Assembly: GCA_050253075.1 (NCBI GenBank)
Contig: JBFWJS010000003.1
Coordinates: 21,358 to 85,357, forward strand
Direction of reading: 5' to 3'
Length of the DNA: 64,000 bases
Source of the DNA: Deferribacterales bacterium
Lineage (GTDB): Bacteria; Chrysiogenota; Deferribacteres; Deferribacterales; Geovibrionaceae
The notes below the pieces were generated by a model. It made no database searches and was not told where the DNA came from. It was given only the letters and a program-made list of their open reading frames with translations. Shown here piece by piece: positions 37,497-46,878 of this stretch (position 1 is its first letter; each line of letters begins with the position of its first letter). The position numbers and the translations under genes were made by a program.

Positions 37497-37529
37497 GCGT
37501 CAAGAGTTGTCGTTTGGTTAATTTATGAT
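37497..37529. promoter_or_regulatory. Putative WYL operator/promoter, copy 3
   Basis: GCGTCA-N5-TGTCGT-N10-TATGAT in the divergent ssb / lipoprotein intergenic region. Confidence 0.55.
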
Positions 37530-37560
37530 CTTCACATAATAAAGTGTGGAGGTAGTGTTT

Positions 37561-39609
37561 ATGCACAACAAAATCATTCTTGCTTTTACAATGTTGATAA
37601 TGCTCTTGGTCTTGGTCGCATGTGGCGGCGGAGGCGGTGGCAGCAGCAGTACAGCTCCTGTTGTTGATGATGACCAGGCAGATACTGCTCAGGTAACATA
37701 TGACGGTACTTCTGTCGCAGAAGCCTCAACTGGAACTGACGGCAGAACAGTCATCACTTCCGGTACATCCGGTAACTCTTACGATATTGCCATAGAGGAT
37801 AATTCAGGAAATCCTGTTGGTGATATCGATGTTTCTTTTTATGAGGATGGCGATAACGCTGTCATCTATGTTTCCGATCCTATGGGAGTGTATTCAGACT
37901 CTCTCCTGATAGGGACACCAGCCGAACTGGCAACTGTATCAGGCAGATTTGCCCGTGCGGCCAGCAATGTTCAGCTTGGGGTAACTTTAACTCAGCGTAC
38001 AGCCTCAACAGTGGGCTTTACTGGTAATGCTTATGATCTGTCTAACGTTTACATGGGCACTCTGTCTGAAGCTTCCGGTGTCGAATCAGGATGCTATACA
38101 CCATCAGAGATAGCTGCAACTATCGAAGGTTTATTTACATCTTCAATGATCAGCAGTAGCTCTATTCTGATTTTTTCAGACAGCACCACGAGTTCTGTAG
38201 CCGGAGCTGTCAAAATCAGTTCCAGCACATTGAGCAGCAGCATATCTGATGCTTTAACTGCAAAAATGGAGCATGAGTATTCTGTCGGAAGCGGAGCTCT
38301 TGATTCAGAGATATTTCGACTGACATGTTATGTCCCCGACAATCATAATCTGTTTGGAGTAGTATGTGAGATCAAACGAGCTTCTTCTGTTTGCGAGGGG
38401 ACTAACAGCGCACCAGTAATAACCGGTACTCCATCGACAGCAGTCACTGCAGGCTCGGCGTATAGTTTTATCCCTGCGGCGTCTGATGAAGATGGAGATA
38501 CGTTGACCTTCAGTATAGTGAATAAGCCTTCATGGGCATCATTTAGCACTTCCACAGGGGAACTTTCAGGAACACCCGCAGTGAGCGATGCCGGAGTATA
38601 TTCAGGGATAGTGATCAGTGCTACAGATGGTACAGATAATACTTCGCTTTCACAGTTCAGTATTACAGTTGCAGCCGGAAACTCTGCTCCTGTTATCATC
38701 GGCACTCCTGCTACGGAAGTTACGGCGGGTAATGCATACAGTTTCACTCCTACAGCCTCAGATGTGGATGATGACACACTGACATTCAGCATAGAAAATA
38801 AGCCATCATGGGCTTCTTTCAACGCTGCTACTGGTGCATTAACAGGAACTCCAGCCACTTCGGACGAAGGGGCATATACAGGCATCGTAATATCTGTATC
38901 TGATGGTTCAGAGACAGCATCTCTTAGCAGTTTTACTATAACTGTCAGCGTTCTGAATTCTGTTCCGACAATTTCTGGAACTCCAGAAACTACTTTGGCA
39001 GAAGGTGCAGCTTACAGTTTCACACCTACTGCAAATGATGCAGACGGCGATACCCTTACTTTCAGTATAGAGAACAAACCTACATGGGCATCTTTTGATA
39101 CAGCTACAGGCGCACTTACTGGCACGCCGAGCTCTTCTGATGCGGGCACATACAGCTCTATTCTAATAAGTGTAGACGATGGCAATGGCGGAGAAGCATC
39201 TCTGGCGGCATTTACAATAACAGTCACAGAACCAGCCATAACACTTTATAGAGCTGGAACAACCTTTCTTGATCCAGACTTCATAGCTGTTAGCTGGCCA
39301 TATAATGTTAATGCTACTGTATCTGCGACTATATTGGGAGTCAGCTATTATACAATAGGCACTTTTAAACTGTCAGCAGCCGGAGACAGCTTTACAATCA
39401 GTTCTCTGTCTGCGGTAGATTTGAATTCTCATGTGGTTCCGTACTTTCAGGGGCTGACAGATGGTCAGGTAATAGAGCCTGGGACAGACGTGACATTCAA
39501 GCTGCTTTCACCGTTAACAGGCGGCAGCCAGTCAAACCTTAGATTCAATTTCACAATTCAGGAGACCGGAGAGACATTCACTTACAATGTCACTCTTCAG
39601 ACCAACTAA
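37561..39609 (+). CDS. Surface lipoprotein with three putative Ig (He_PIG/cadherin-like) repeats
   Basis: Lipobox LVAC-GGGGG; three 92-aa repeats NSAPVITGTP...YSF.P.A.D.DGDTLTFSI.NKP.WASF (276-nt period from 38404). Confidence 0.85.
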   Translation: MHNKIILAFTMLIMLLVLVACGGGGGGSSSTAPVVDDDQADTAQVTYDGTSVAEASTGTDGRTVITSGTSGNSYDIAIEDNSGNPVGDIDVSFYEDGDNAVIYVSDPMGVYSDSLLIGTPAELATVSGRFARAASNVQLGVTLTQRTASTVGFTGNAYDLSNVYMGTLSEASGVESGCYTPSEIAATIEGLFTSSMISSSSILIFSDSTTSSVAGAVKISSSTLSSSISDALTAKMEHEYSVGSGALDSEIFRLTCYVPDNHNLFGVVCEIKRASSVCEGTNSAPVITGTPSTAVTAGSAYSFIPAASDEDGDTLTFSIVNKPSWASFSTSTGELSGTPAVSDAGVYSGIVISATDGTDNTSLSQFSITVAAGNSAPVIIGTPATEVTAGNAYSFTPTASDVDDDTLTFSIENKPSWASFNAATGALTGTPATSDEGAYTGIVISVSDGSETASLSSFTITVSVLNSVPTISGTPETTLAEGAAYSFTPTANDADGDTLTFSIENKPTWASFDTATGALTGTPSSSDAGTYSSILISVDDGNGGEASLAAFTITVTEPAITLYRAGTTFLDPDFIAVSWPYNVNATVSATILGVSYYTIGTFKLSAAGDSFTISSLSAVDLNSHVVPYFQGLTDGQVIEPGTDVTFKLLSPLTGGSQSNLRFNFTIQETGETFTYNVTLQTN

Positions 39610-39617
39610 ATAAAATC

Positions 39618-39652
39618 TGCCCCTGATACTCAAAATGTCAGGGGCAATTTTT
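39618..39652 (+). terminator. Intrinsic terminator
   Basis: TGCCCCTGA...TCAGGGGCA followed by a T tract. Confidence 0.75.
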
Positions 39653-39741
39653 ATCTTATTTTTCTTAAAATTAATGACTTTAAATGCGTCAAATGAGTGT
39701 GGCTAAATTTGCCAGTAGCTACATGTTTTTACGTGGAAATC

Positions 39742-39781
39742 TGGGTGCATTTTGGGTGCAGACTGGGTGCAACTGCACCCA
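39742..39781. repeat. TGGGTGCA x3 direct (11-bp period) plus one inverted copy; probable tyrosine-integrase arm-type sites
   Basis: Copies at 39742, 39753, 39764 and TGCACCCA at 39774, about 100 bp from the tRNA 3' end. Confidence 0.7.
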
Positions 39782-39822
39782 ATTTCGTCAAATTCTAAAC
39801 AATTCTGAGCAATAAAAATGAA

Positions 39823-39857
39823 ACAGGGCAACCGTCGTAAATGACTGATTGCCCTGT
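39823..39857 (-). terminator. Hairpin downstream of tRNA-Arg
   Basis: ACAGGGCAA...TTGCCCTGT inverted repeat. Confidence 0.6.
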
Positions 39858-39877
39858 AAAATACTGATAAACTTTAA

Positions 39878-39951
39878 CGCGCCCGTAGGGATTCGAACCC
39901 CAAACCTTTTGATCCGTAGTCAAATGCTCTATCCAGTTGAGCTACGGGCGC
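39878..39951 (-). tRNA. tRNA-Arg(ACG), probable ICE attachment site
   Basis: GCGCCCGTAGCTCAACTGGATAGAGC...CT-ACG-GA...GGTTCGAATCC...CGGGCGCG; CCA not encoded. Confidence 0.96.
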
Positions 39952-40015
39952 TGCTCGGATGATTTTTATATAGTATTAAAACACCTTTGTCAACTTCTAA
40001 ACAAATAAATGTTGC

Positions 40016-41230
40016 TTAAAGGATGTCTTTAAGTTTTATGAAGTGGTCAATGGCGGATTTTCTCATTTTCAGAAGGTGGTCTTCGCCGAGCGCTATCTGT
40101 GATTTGATAAGCACTTCCTGCACTTTATGGGTGATGACGCCTTCGTCGAAATAGTCGAGCATGTTTGTCGCCATGTAGAGGAGCCTTGTCTCGTTCATGT
40201 GTGTGTTCTGCTCGAGGTTGCTGGCGTAAAGGATAGGCTGGTAATATTCTTCGGAGAATTTCCACTTTTTCAGAAGCATACCGCTGACCTTTATACCGTT
40301 GTTCTTCGCAAGTTTTATATATTCCAGCGGTTTACTGTTTTTCAGGTCGTCACCGGAGAAATAGTCTGATATGGCTGCATAGATGAATATCTCGCCTATT
40401 TTGCTAAGCAGACCGATGGAAAACATCGAAACAGGTGACGCCACTTTAAAGCATTCCGCCATGACATAGCATAGACAAGCAGTCTTTATGGAGTCGTCTA
40501 TCGCTTCGTTTATCTCGTCTGTGAGGGCGAGGTCTGCGTTTGCAGCGAGGGATTTGTTGATAAAGTTGATGAGGAATACTTTTACGTTTGAAAGTCCGAC
40601 CCTGATGAGGGCTTTTTCCACATCTTTGATACTGCTGAAAGCACCGCTGAAGAAGACGGAGTTCGCCATCTTAAGTATGCCTGAGTGGAGCACGGGGTCT
40701 GTCTTTGTCATCTTGTCTATCTGTTTGAAGGAGACTTCGTCCTCGTCCAGAGCTGCAAGAACAGAAACGGCGCACTCGTTCTTAACAGGGAGTGTGATGC
40801 TCCCCTTGAGCAGCATGAATTTTATATATTCAAGGAGCTTTTCAGGGCTTCGTCCTTTGCTGTCTTCGGCAAGGTAAGGCTTACAAACGTGCATCTTTGT
40901 CAGAGTGGAGACAAAGTCCATCGTAACTGCCTTGTGGTTAAACGTGATAGTTCTCGGAGACGTGGCGAGCTTGCGTATATCCTCATTCATGCAAATGAGG
41001 AAAACATTCTTGCTGTGTTCGTCCACTGTGTTTTTCAGCTTTGAATAAGCGAGATAATCCTCTCTGGTCTCGAGCACTATAAATATATTTTCAACATCAG
41101 GCAGAGCCATAGCGCGCTTCATAGCTATGGATATGGAATTGTAATAAGTGTTATCCATATCAAGCATTTCCAGATATGCACTATAGAAAGCAACTACGAG
41201 ATGGTTCGATCCTGCTACAACACTACTCAT
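40016..41230 (-). CDS. HDOD-domain signalling protein
   Basis: DPVLHSGILKMANSVFF...ALIRVG; GLLSKIG; LLKKWKF. Confidence 0.85.
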   Translation of the reverse strand: MSSVVAGSNHLVVAFYSAYLEMLDMDNTYYNSISIAMKRAMALPDVENIFIVLETREDYLAYSKLKNTVDEHSKNVFLICMNEDIRKLATSPRTITFNHKAVTMDFVSTLTKMHVCKPYLAEDSKGRSPEKLLEYIKFMLLKGSITLPVKNECAVSVLAALDEDEVSFKQIDKMTKTDPVLHSGILKMANSVFFSGAFSSIKDVEKALIRVGLSNVKVFLINFINKSLAANADLALTDEINEAIDDSIKTACLCYVMAECFKVASPVSMFSIGLLSKIGEIFIYAAISDYFSGDDLKNSKPLEYIKLAKNNGIKVSGMLLKKWKFSEEYYQPILYASNLEQNTHMNETRLLYMATNMLDYFDEGVITHKVQEVLIKSQIALGEDHLLKMRKSAIDHFIKLKDIL

Positions 41231-41409
41231 CTGTTATCCTCTTTTTTTACTATAGTAAGTTATCATGAGCTTTTCCCGCAATCAAATATTTTATGTGAAA
41301 ATTATATCTTATTATGTTAATATCCATATGAATATCTTCTTGACGACTTGATTTATATAGTGGATAAATGGTTCAATCGTTATGAAAATCTAAAAACAAA
41401 AGTGATATT

Positions 41410-41775
41410 ATGAGCAAACTTGAGAACATAAATCTTCTCTACGTAGAAGACGAAAAGTTTACACGCATGCTTGTCAAAAAGCTGCTTGAAAAAGAGAACA
41501 TCAATGTACATGAAGCTGCGAACGGTGTTCATGGGCTGAAGAAGTTCTATGAGATAGGTCCTGATCTCATCGTGACAGACCTCGCCATGCCTGAGATGGA
41601 CGGCTTCGAAATGATCAGCAAAATACGTGAGAAAAACAGCGACATACCTATCATCATCACCACAGCCTACAGAGAAGAGGCTGAGAGGGTCTGCGATATG
41701 GTCAATGACTGTATTTTCAAACCTATTATCAAGGATGACCTTGTCAAAGCCATCGAGAAAATAGTCGCAGGCTGA
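41410..41775 (+). CDS. Single-domain response regulator
   Basis: YVEDE, DLAMPEMDG, TTA, KP. Confidence 0.93.
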   Translation: MSKLENINLLYVEDEKFTRMLVKKLLEKENINVHEAANGVHGLKKFYEIGPDLIVTDLAMPEMDGFEMISKIREKNSDIPIIITTAYREEAERVCDMVNDCIFKPIIKDDLVKAIEKIVAG

Positions 41776-41869
41776 TATCTCCGGCTGACACGCACTGTGC
41801 AGAAGAGCTTGTGTTTTTTTATATTTGTATTAATTTCATAGTATAAACATAATTAAAACACAGGTTGCT

Positions 41870-42319
41870 ATGCATAAAGCTAAGTTGTCCTTTATTCTAT
41901 TTTTCCTATTGCCCGTGATAGCCTATGCAGGTGCTTATGACCTGTCTGAGCTGAAGTTCCGCTATTTCCGAAATTTGTTCCCCCCTGCAAACCACATGCT
42001 CCCCTCCACTGCGGATTATAAATTTAACGGTGAATGGGTCCGCCGCAAAGGTAATACAAGAGAAGATTATAATATCAAAGTAAAAACCTATGTCTATCAG
42101 TCTAATACGCATCATCTCGTATTTGTGAAGTTTAAACGCCACGGCATGCCTTTCTGCTGGTGGTTTTCAAAAGATACAGAGGGACGCCCGCCGAAAGGCT
42201 GGATAGAAGGTGCCTGCGACGTGGATAACGACGGTATATACGAAAGCGTATGGGACATGAACGGGTGCGACACGATTAAATACAAATTCTGTGATTATTG
42301 GAACTGTGATAGTTATTAA
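41870..42319 (+). CDS. Hypothetical secreted protein
   Basis: Signal peptide ending AYA; no recognised family. Confidence 0.6.
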   Translation: MHKAKLSFILFFLLPVIAYAGAYDLSELKFRYFRNLFPPANHMLPSTADYKFNGEWVRRKGNTREDYNIKVKTYVYQSNTHHLVFVKFKRHGMPFCWWFSKDTEGRPPKGWIEGACDVDNDGIYESVWDMNGCDTIKYKFCDYWNCDSY

Positions 42320-42383
42320 CTTGAATACTGGTTTTTGCTAGTTTAATATTAATAAACAAACAGCCAATTATTTACAGGATGCC

Positions 42384-44369
42384 ATGCAAATTTGGGAAAG
42401 AAAATTCAGCCGATACTACTTTCTGACAACTTTTACCATCATCTTCCTGATAATCCTCGGGACAGGGTCTTATCTGGTTCTCGGGAAATATAAGCAGTTC
42501 AAAGACTACGCCCTAAACGACAAAATCAACGACATCGAAAACAAAAAGCTCCTGATGCAGGATATCGTAGAAAGCTATATCAATCAGGCAAACCAGATAA
42601 TAGCCAGCTCTGAACAGACTCTGGACAGGAAAATTGTCAACAGGGTAAAGACCGCCTATCAGATATGCACCATTATGCATGACAAGATGAAATCCGAATA
42701 CGGAGACGATCGTATAAAAGAATCTCTGATATCTGCGATGTCGGGGATGGTGTACGGCAATGAGTATATCTATGTGATAGATATGGACGGCGTGGTCGTG
42801 CTGTCGCCGCTTTTGAAAAGTATCGAGGGTAAAAACCTTATAGACAAACAGGATGCGAAAGGGCGCTACACCGTGCGGGAGTCCATAGACCTGCTTAAAA
42901 AGAAAGGCGAAGGCTTCATCGATGTCTATTGGGAGAATCCATCCGATGTGAATACGGGGCCTAAGAGAAAGCGTGTCTTCATGAAGAGGTTCGAACCCTA
43001 TGACTGGATAATCGGCTACGGCGTATATGTGGAAGACCACGACGAAGTTATAAAGAATGAAGTGATAAAGCACCTTGAGTCTGTCTCATACGACAAAGAG
43101 GGATACCTCTTCGCAGCGACATACGACGGCATATCCCTCACAAAACCCGCAAAGGGGAGGAATATGTATGACATACAGGACTCCAACGGCAAATACCTCG
43201 TGCGTGAGCTGATAAAAGCTTCCAAAAACGGAGGCGGATTTGTCGAATACAACATGCCGCCGTTCAAAGGAGCCAGACCGGAGACAAAGCTGAGCTATGC
43301 CGCACCGATAGAAAGGTGGGACTGGTACATCGGCACGGGGATATACATCACAGATATCGAAACGGCGTATAACAAACGCATGGGCGACATTTTTAAATCT
43401 GAAAAACGTGAAATAGCGATAATTATAGCGGGACTTTTTGTCCTGCTGATACTGGGAAGCGGGCTGATATACTTCTTTTCCCGCAGGCTGCAGGAGCTGA
43501 TAGATAAATACAGCGCAGAGATAAAAGATAAAAACTTTGAGCTGAGCCACATGAACCACAAGCTGGAGATCATGGTGGGTGATAAGACATCTGAGCTGAA
43601 TAAACTGAATCAGTCTCTGGAGCAGAAGGTAGAGGAAGAGGTCGAAAAGAACAGGGAGAAGGACAGGATAATGTTTCAGCAGGGCAGGCTGGCCGCAATG
43701 GGGGAGATGATAGGAAACATAGCGCACCAGTGGAGACAGCCTCTGAGCAGTATATCTCTGCTGATACAGGACATACAGGAGGCGCACGATGTCGGCGAGC
43801 TGAACAGCGACTATCTGGCGGACTCTGTTGCCAAATGTACTGAGACCATCACCCATATGTCTGACACAATAGATAATTTCAGATATTTCTTTAACCCGCA
43901 GAAGGAGAAGAGCGCATTCGACGTGGATGTCGAGATAAGGCGATGCCTCAGCCTGCTGGATGCGGGGCTGGAGAATAATAATATAAAAGTGAATACAAAG
44001 ATGAATGCCGAAGGGAATGCATACGGTGTCCCCGGTGAGTATTCTCAGGTGCTGGTGAATGTGCTGAACAACGCCAAGGACGTGCTCCTTTTCAGAAATG
44101 TCATCGACCCCCGCATAGACATCGAGAGCTATACGGAAGGCAATAATATCGTGGTAGAGATACTGGATAACGGCGGAGGCATAGAGGAAGGGATAATAGA
44201 CCGTGTCTTCGAGCCTTATTTCACCACTAAGAGCAATAAAAACGGCACAGGCATAGGTTTATACTTTTCTAAGATGATCATAGACGGAAACATGAAAGGG
44301 GCGCTTACGGTGGAAAATAGAGCCGAGGGAGCCTGTTTTAAGATATCTGTCCCCTCTGTAAAAGAGTAA
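42384..44369 (+). CDS. Cache-domain sensor histidine kinase
   Basis: Two Cache domains between TM helices; IAHQWRQPL H-box; N, G1 and G2 boxes. Confidence 0.93.
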   Translation: MQIWERKFSRYYFLTTFTIIFLIILGTGSYLVLGKYKQFKDYALNDKINDIENKKLLMQDIVESYINQANQIIASSEQTLDRKIVNRVKTAYQICTIMHDKMKSEYGDDRIKESLISAMSGMVYGNEYIYVIDMDGVVVLSPLLKSIEGKNLIDKQDAKGRYTVRESIDLLKKKGEGFIDVYWENPSDVNTGPKRKRVFMKRFEPYDWIIGYGVYVEDHDEVIKNEVIKHLESVSYDKEGYLFAATYDGISLTKPAKGRNMYDIQDSNGKYLVRELIKASKNGGGFVEYNMPPFKGARPETKLSYAAPIERWDWYIGTGIYITDIETAYNKRMGDIFKSEKREIAIIIAGLFVLLILGSGLIYFFSRRLQELIDKYSAEIKDKNFELSHMNHKLEIMVGDKTSELNKLNQSLEQKVEEEVEKNREKDRIMFQQGRLAAMGEMIGNIAHQWRQPLSSISLLIQDIQEAHDVGELNSDYLADSVAKCTETITHMSDTIDNFRYFFNPQKEKSAFDVDVEIRRCLSLLDAGLENNNIKVNTKMNAEGNAYGVPGEYSQVLVNVLNNAKDVLLFRNVIDPRIDIESYTEGNNIVVEILDNGGGIEEGIIDRVFEPYFTTKSNKNGTGIGLYFSKMIIDGNMKGALTVENRAEGACFKISVPSVKE

Positions 44370-44561
44370 AGCCGAACAGCTTTCACTATTCGGCGTCCAA
44401 ATCGGAACTCCTCCCCCCGAGGGCTTACTCTATATAATTCTTTTAAATATCGTTTAGGATGAGTAAGGCTAGCAGTAAATATTCTTATTTACAATAACCA
44501 GAGAGGGTGATGAATGGGGTATTTTTCTTTATAAGTAACTATTGATGCTGGTGAAAAAAAA

Positions 44562-45218
44562 TTATAAAATAGATCTGTACTTTGCTTTGCGCAGGGCGTC
44601 GGCCTTGCCTGATGCCTGCAGTTTTTCATAGATATGCTTTATGTGGGTGTGTACCGTATTTCTGCTGATGGAGAGGTCCTCTGCGACTTCGATATATGTA
44701 AATCCCTGATCCAGAAGTTTTAATATCTCAATCTCTCTTTTCGTAAGGTCGTCTGTGTCGTTGTTGAATGGTTTATCCTGAAAGAATGATATCACCTTTC
44801 TGGCGATGCTCGGCGTCATGGGTGACCCGCCGTCGTGGAGCAGCCTGATATAGCTGATGATCTGCACGGCTGATGCGCCTTTCAGAACATATCCCGATGC
44901 GCCCGCTTTCAGTGCTTTGAAGAGGTATTCGTTCCCCTCGTGGATGGTGAACACCATGAACTGCGTAGAAACTCCTTTATCCACAAGGTGTTCTATCAGC
45001 TCTATGCCGTCTGCGCCGGGCAGGTTTATATCCACCAGAAGGATATCGCACGGCTTATCAGCAACGCCTTTCATAGCGCTTTCTGCCGAGTGGTACGTCG
45101 CAATAAGTTTTATCCCAGGCTCAGTTTCAAGGATAGAGCAGAGATTTTTCGTCAGTTCAATATTGTCGTCGACAATAGAGACCGTAATGTTTTTTTCCAA
45201 TGTAAGCCCAATTATCAA
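44562..45218 (-). CDS. NarL/LuxR-family response regulator
   Basis: Receiver DINLP; LTKREIEIL...TVHTHIKHIYEKL HTH. Confidence 0.93.
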   Translation of the reverse strand: MIIGLTLEKNITVSIVDDNIELTKNLCSILETEPGIKLIATYHSAESAMKGVADKPCDILLVDINLPGADGIELIEHLVDKGVSTQFMVFTIHEGNEYLFKALKAGASGYVLKGASAVQIISYIRLLHDGGSPMTPSIARKVISFFQDKPFNNDTDDLTKREIEILKLLDQGFTYIEVAEDLSISRNTVHTHIKHIYEKLQASGKADALRKAKYRSIL

Positions 45219-46861
45219 ATACCAATGATTATGTCTACTGTTGTACCATTTTTCGAAGTAATTTCAACAGTACCTTTCAGCTTTTCCGCTCTGCTCTTCA
45301 TGTTTTTAAGACCAAAGCCGATGGGTTTGCCCCCGGTGAAGCCCACTCCGTCGTCATGTATTACTATGCGGAATGCATCCCCGCTGAAATTCAATTCTAT
45401 ATTAACATTCTCAGCTTGGGAATGTTTTATTATGTTTGTTATGACTTCTTTAAACAGTCTGAATATGGAAAGGTATCTATCGAAGTCGATATCCGTTTCG
45501 AAAGAAGCGCCGTTTATGCGGAATTTTCTGTTTATCCCCTTGGAGTCTAAGACGGTGGAGCTGTAGTTGCGCATGTCGTATGTCAGCGTTTCCCAGCTGA
45601 GACTGTCTTTGTCCAGAATGTTCAGCATGGAGCGAAGCTCGAAGCTGCCGTTTTCCAGCAGGCTGGCTATCTGGGCTATCTTTCTGTCCTTTTCCGATAC
45701 GTCATCATCAGCCAGAGCGGACTGGGCTATTATCGTGCCCGTTGCGACAACACCGCCTATGCCGTCATGCATGTCTCCCAGTATGGATTCTTTATATGTG
45801 ATGATCTCTCTTTCGTGGAGGGTTTTCATCGCTTCCAGCTGGGCTGTTATATCGTTGAAGACTATGATGCATCCCTTCATCTCATCTTTCGTTATCTCTT
45901 TCTTTATGGTGCTGAATTTAAAGTTGTGCCCTGTGCCCCATCTTGTTTCAATGATGACTGGCTGTTCCTCGTTCAGCTTTTCCCATTCGATGTTCAGTAT
46001 GGAAAATATATTTCTTATATCGGTGCCGACCATATCGCTGCTGATTCTCAGCATATCCCTCGCCTGCGGGTTATAGTCTATGAGCCGTTCATGTTCGTCT
46101 ATGATCAGTACGGGGCTGGTGATGATGTCGAAAACACTCTCTTTCGCATAGGGTGCTATGGTCAGCAGTCTATACCTGAAAATAGCCACGGCAAAGAGTG
46201 AAGCACTGATGAGGAAAGACGCGGGGATAGGGTTATAAGGCCCGTAGGATATAATGCCGTAAGTGAATGTAACAGCAACGCCAAAGCTGATTATTATGGA
46301 GGTAATGAGCAGTGCGTACTGTTTTTTAAAAGGTGCTTTTGCCCCTCTCATAGCCTTGAACAGCATAAAGAGCGCAATAAGGTTTGTGGAGTAATGATAA
46401 AAAACATTTGAAAACTTAAACCACATCCCTGGTATCATGACGCTTATGACAAAGCCGTCTTTAGTGGTTATCACATAGTTCTTTTCCCATATGGGGAAGA
46501 GGAAGCTGGATGTGGATATGATAAATATCTGGAATATAGCAAAAATCACGAGTGTGACAGTAAGCCATCTGGGGGGTGCATTATAGCCGACTATAGTATA
46601 CACCATATACATGAACAGTATGGGGAAGAGCTGTATGGGGACAGCCCTGTATCTGGCGATGCTCATTGATATCCTCGGGTCTGCTATCATCAGCTCTATG
46701 GCGTAAAGCAGAGGCCACAGACCTATGACCATGAATGCCATACCGAAGTACAGGTATGTCTTATCATTTTTCATTGATAAAGCGAATATGCTGAGACCGA
46801 TACTTACGCCAGCCGAGCATATAAGCACCAGCGCATACGGCGGAAATTGTAATGGTATCAT
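45215..46861 (-). CDS. 7TM-PAS sensor histidine kinase (HisKA_3 type)
   Basis: N-terminal TM helices; DMHDGIG; EVITNIIKHS; DDGVGF; GFGLKNM. Confidence 0.9.
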   Translation of the reverse strand: MIPLQFPPYALVLICSAGVSIGLSIFALSMKNDKTYLYFGMAFMVIGLWPLLYAIELMIADPRISMSIARYRAVPIQLFPILFMYMVYTIVGYNAPPRWLTVTLVIFAIFQIFIISTSSFLFPIWEKNYVITTKDGFVISVMIPGMWFKFSNVFYHYSTNLIALFMLFKAMRGAKAPFKKQYALLITSIIISFGVAVTFTYGIISYGPYNPIPASFLISASLFAVAIFRYRLLTIAPYAKESVFDIITSPVLIIDEHERLIDYNPQARDMLRISSDMVGTDIRNIFSILNIEWEKLNEEQPVIIETRWGTGHNFKFSTIKKEITKDEMKGCIIVFNDITAQLEAMKTLHEREIITYKESILGDMHDGIGGVVATGTIIAQSALADDDVSEKDRKIAQIASLLENGSFELRSMLNILDKDSLSWETLTYDMRNYSSTVLDSKGINRKFRINGASFETDIDFDRYLSIFRLFKEVITNIIKHSQAENVNIELNFSGDAFRIVIHDDGVGFTGGKPIGFGLKNMKSRAEKLKGTVEITSKNGTTVDIIIGI

Positions 46862-46878
46862 CTTCGGTCAGGCTCCTT

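Larger units (their letters stand above)
1..39900. mobile_element. Integrative conjugative element (F-type T4SS) integrated at the 3' end of tRNA-Arg(ACG); left part lies outside the window
   Basis: tra genes (traG, traH, traN, trbC, traD-like), ssb, ArdC-like gene and defence cargo end next to the tRNA 3' end. Arm-type repeats at 39742-39781. Housekeeping-type genes begin beyond the tRNA. Confidence 0.88.

Noticed and set aside
39686..39703. Fourth WYL-type box (GCGTCA-N6-TGTGGC)
   Set aside because: Wrong spacer length, a mismatch in the core and no downstream gene.
39742..39781. TGGGTGCA repeats as CRISPR or replication iterons
   Set aside because: Only 8 bp with 3-bp gaps and no rep gene nearby; position beside the tRNA fits integrase arm sites better.
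39875..39878. Missing CCA on tRNA-Arg as damage from ICE integration
   Set aside because: tRNA-Cys and tRNA-Gly in this window also lack an encoded CCA, so this looks like a host trait.
1..39900. Integrase, reverse transcriptase/DGR or IS transposase within the ICE portion
   Set aside because: No tyrosine/serine recombinase, RT or DDE transposase motifs were recognised in any ORF in the window.
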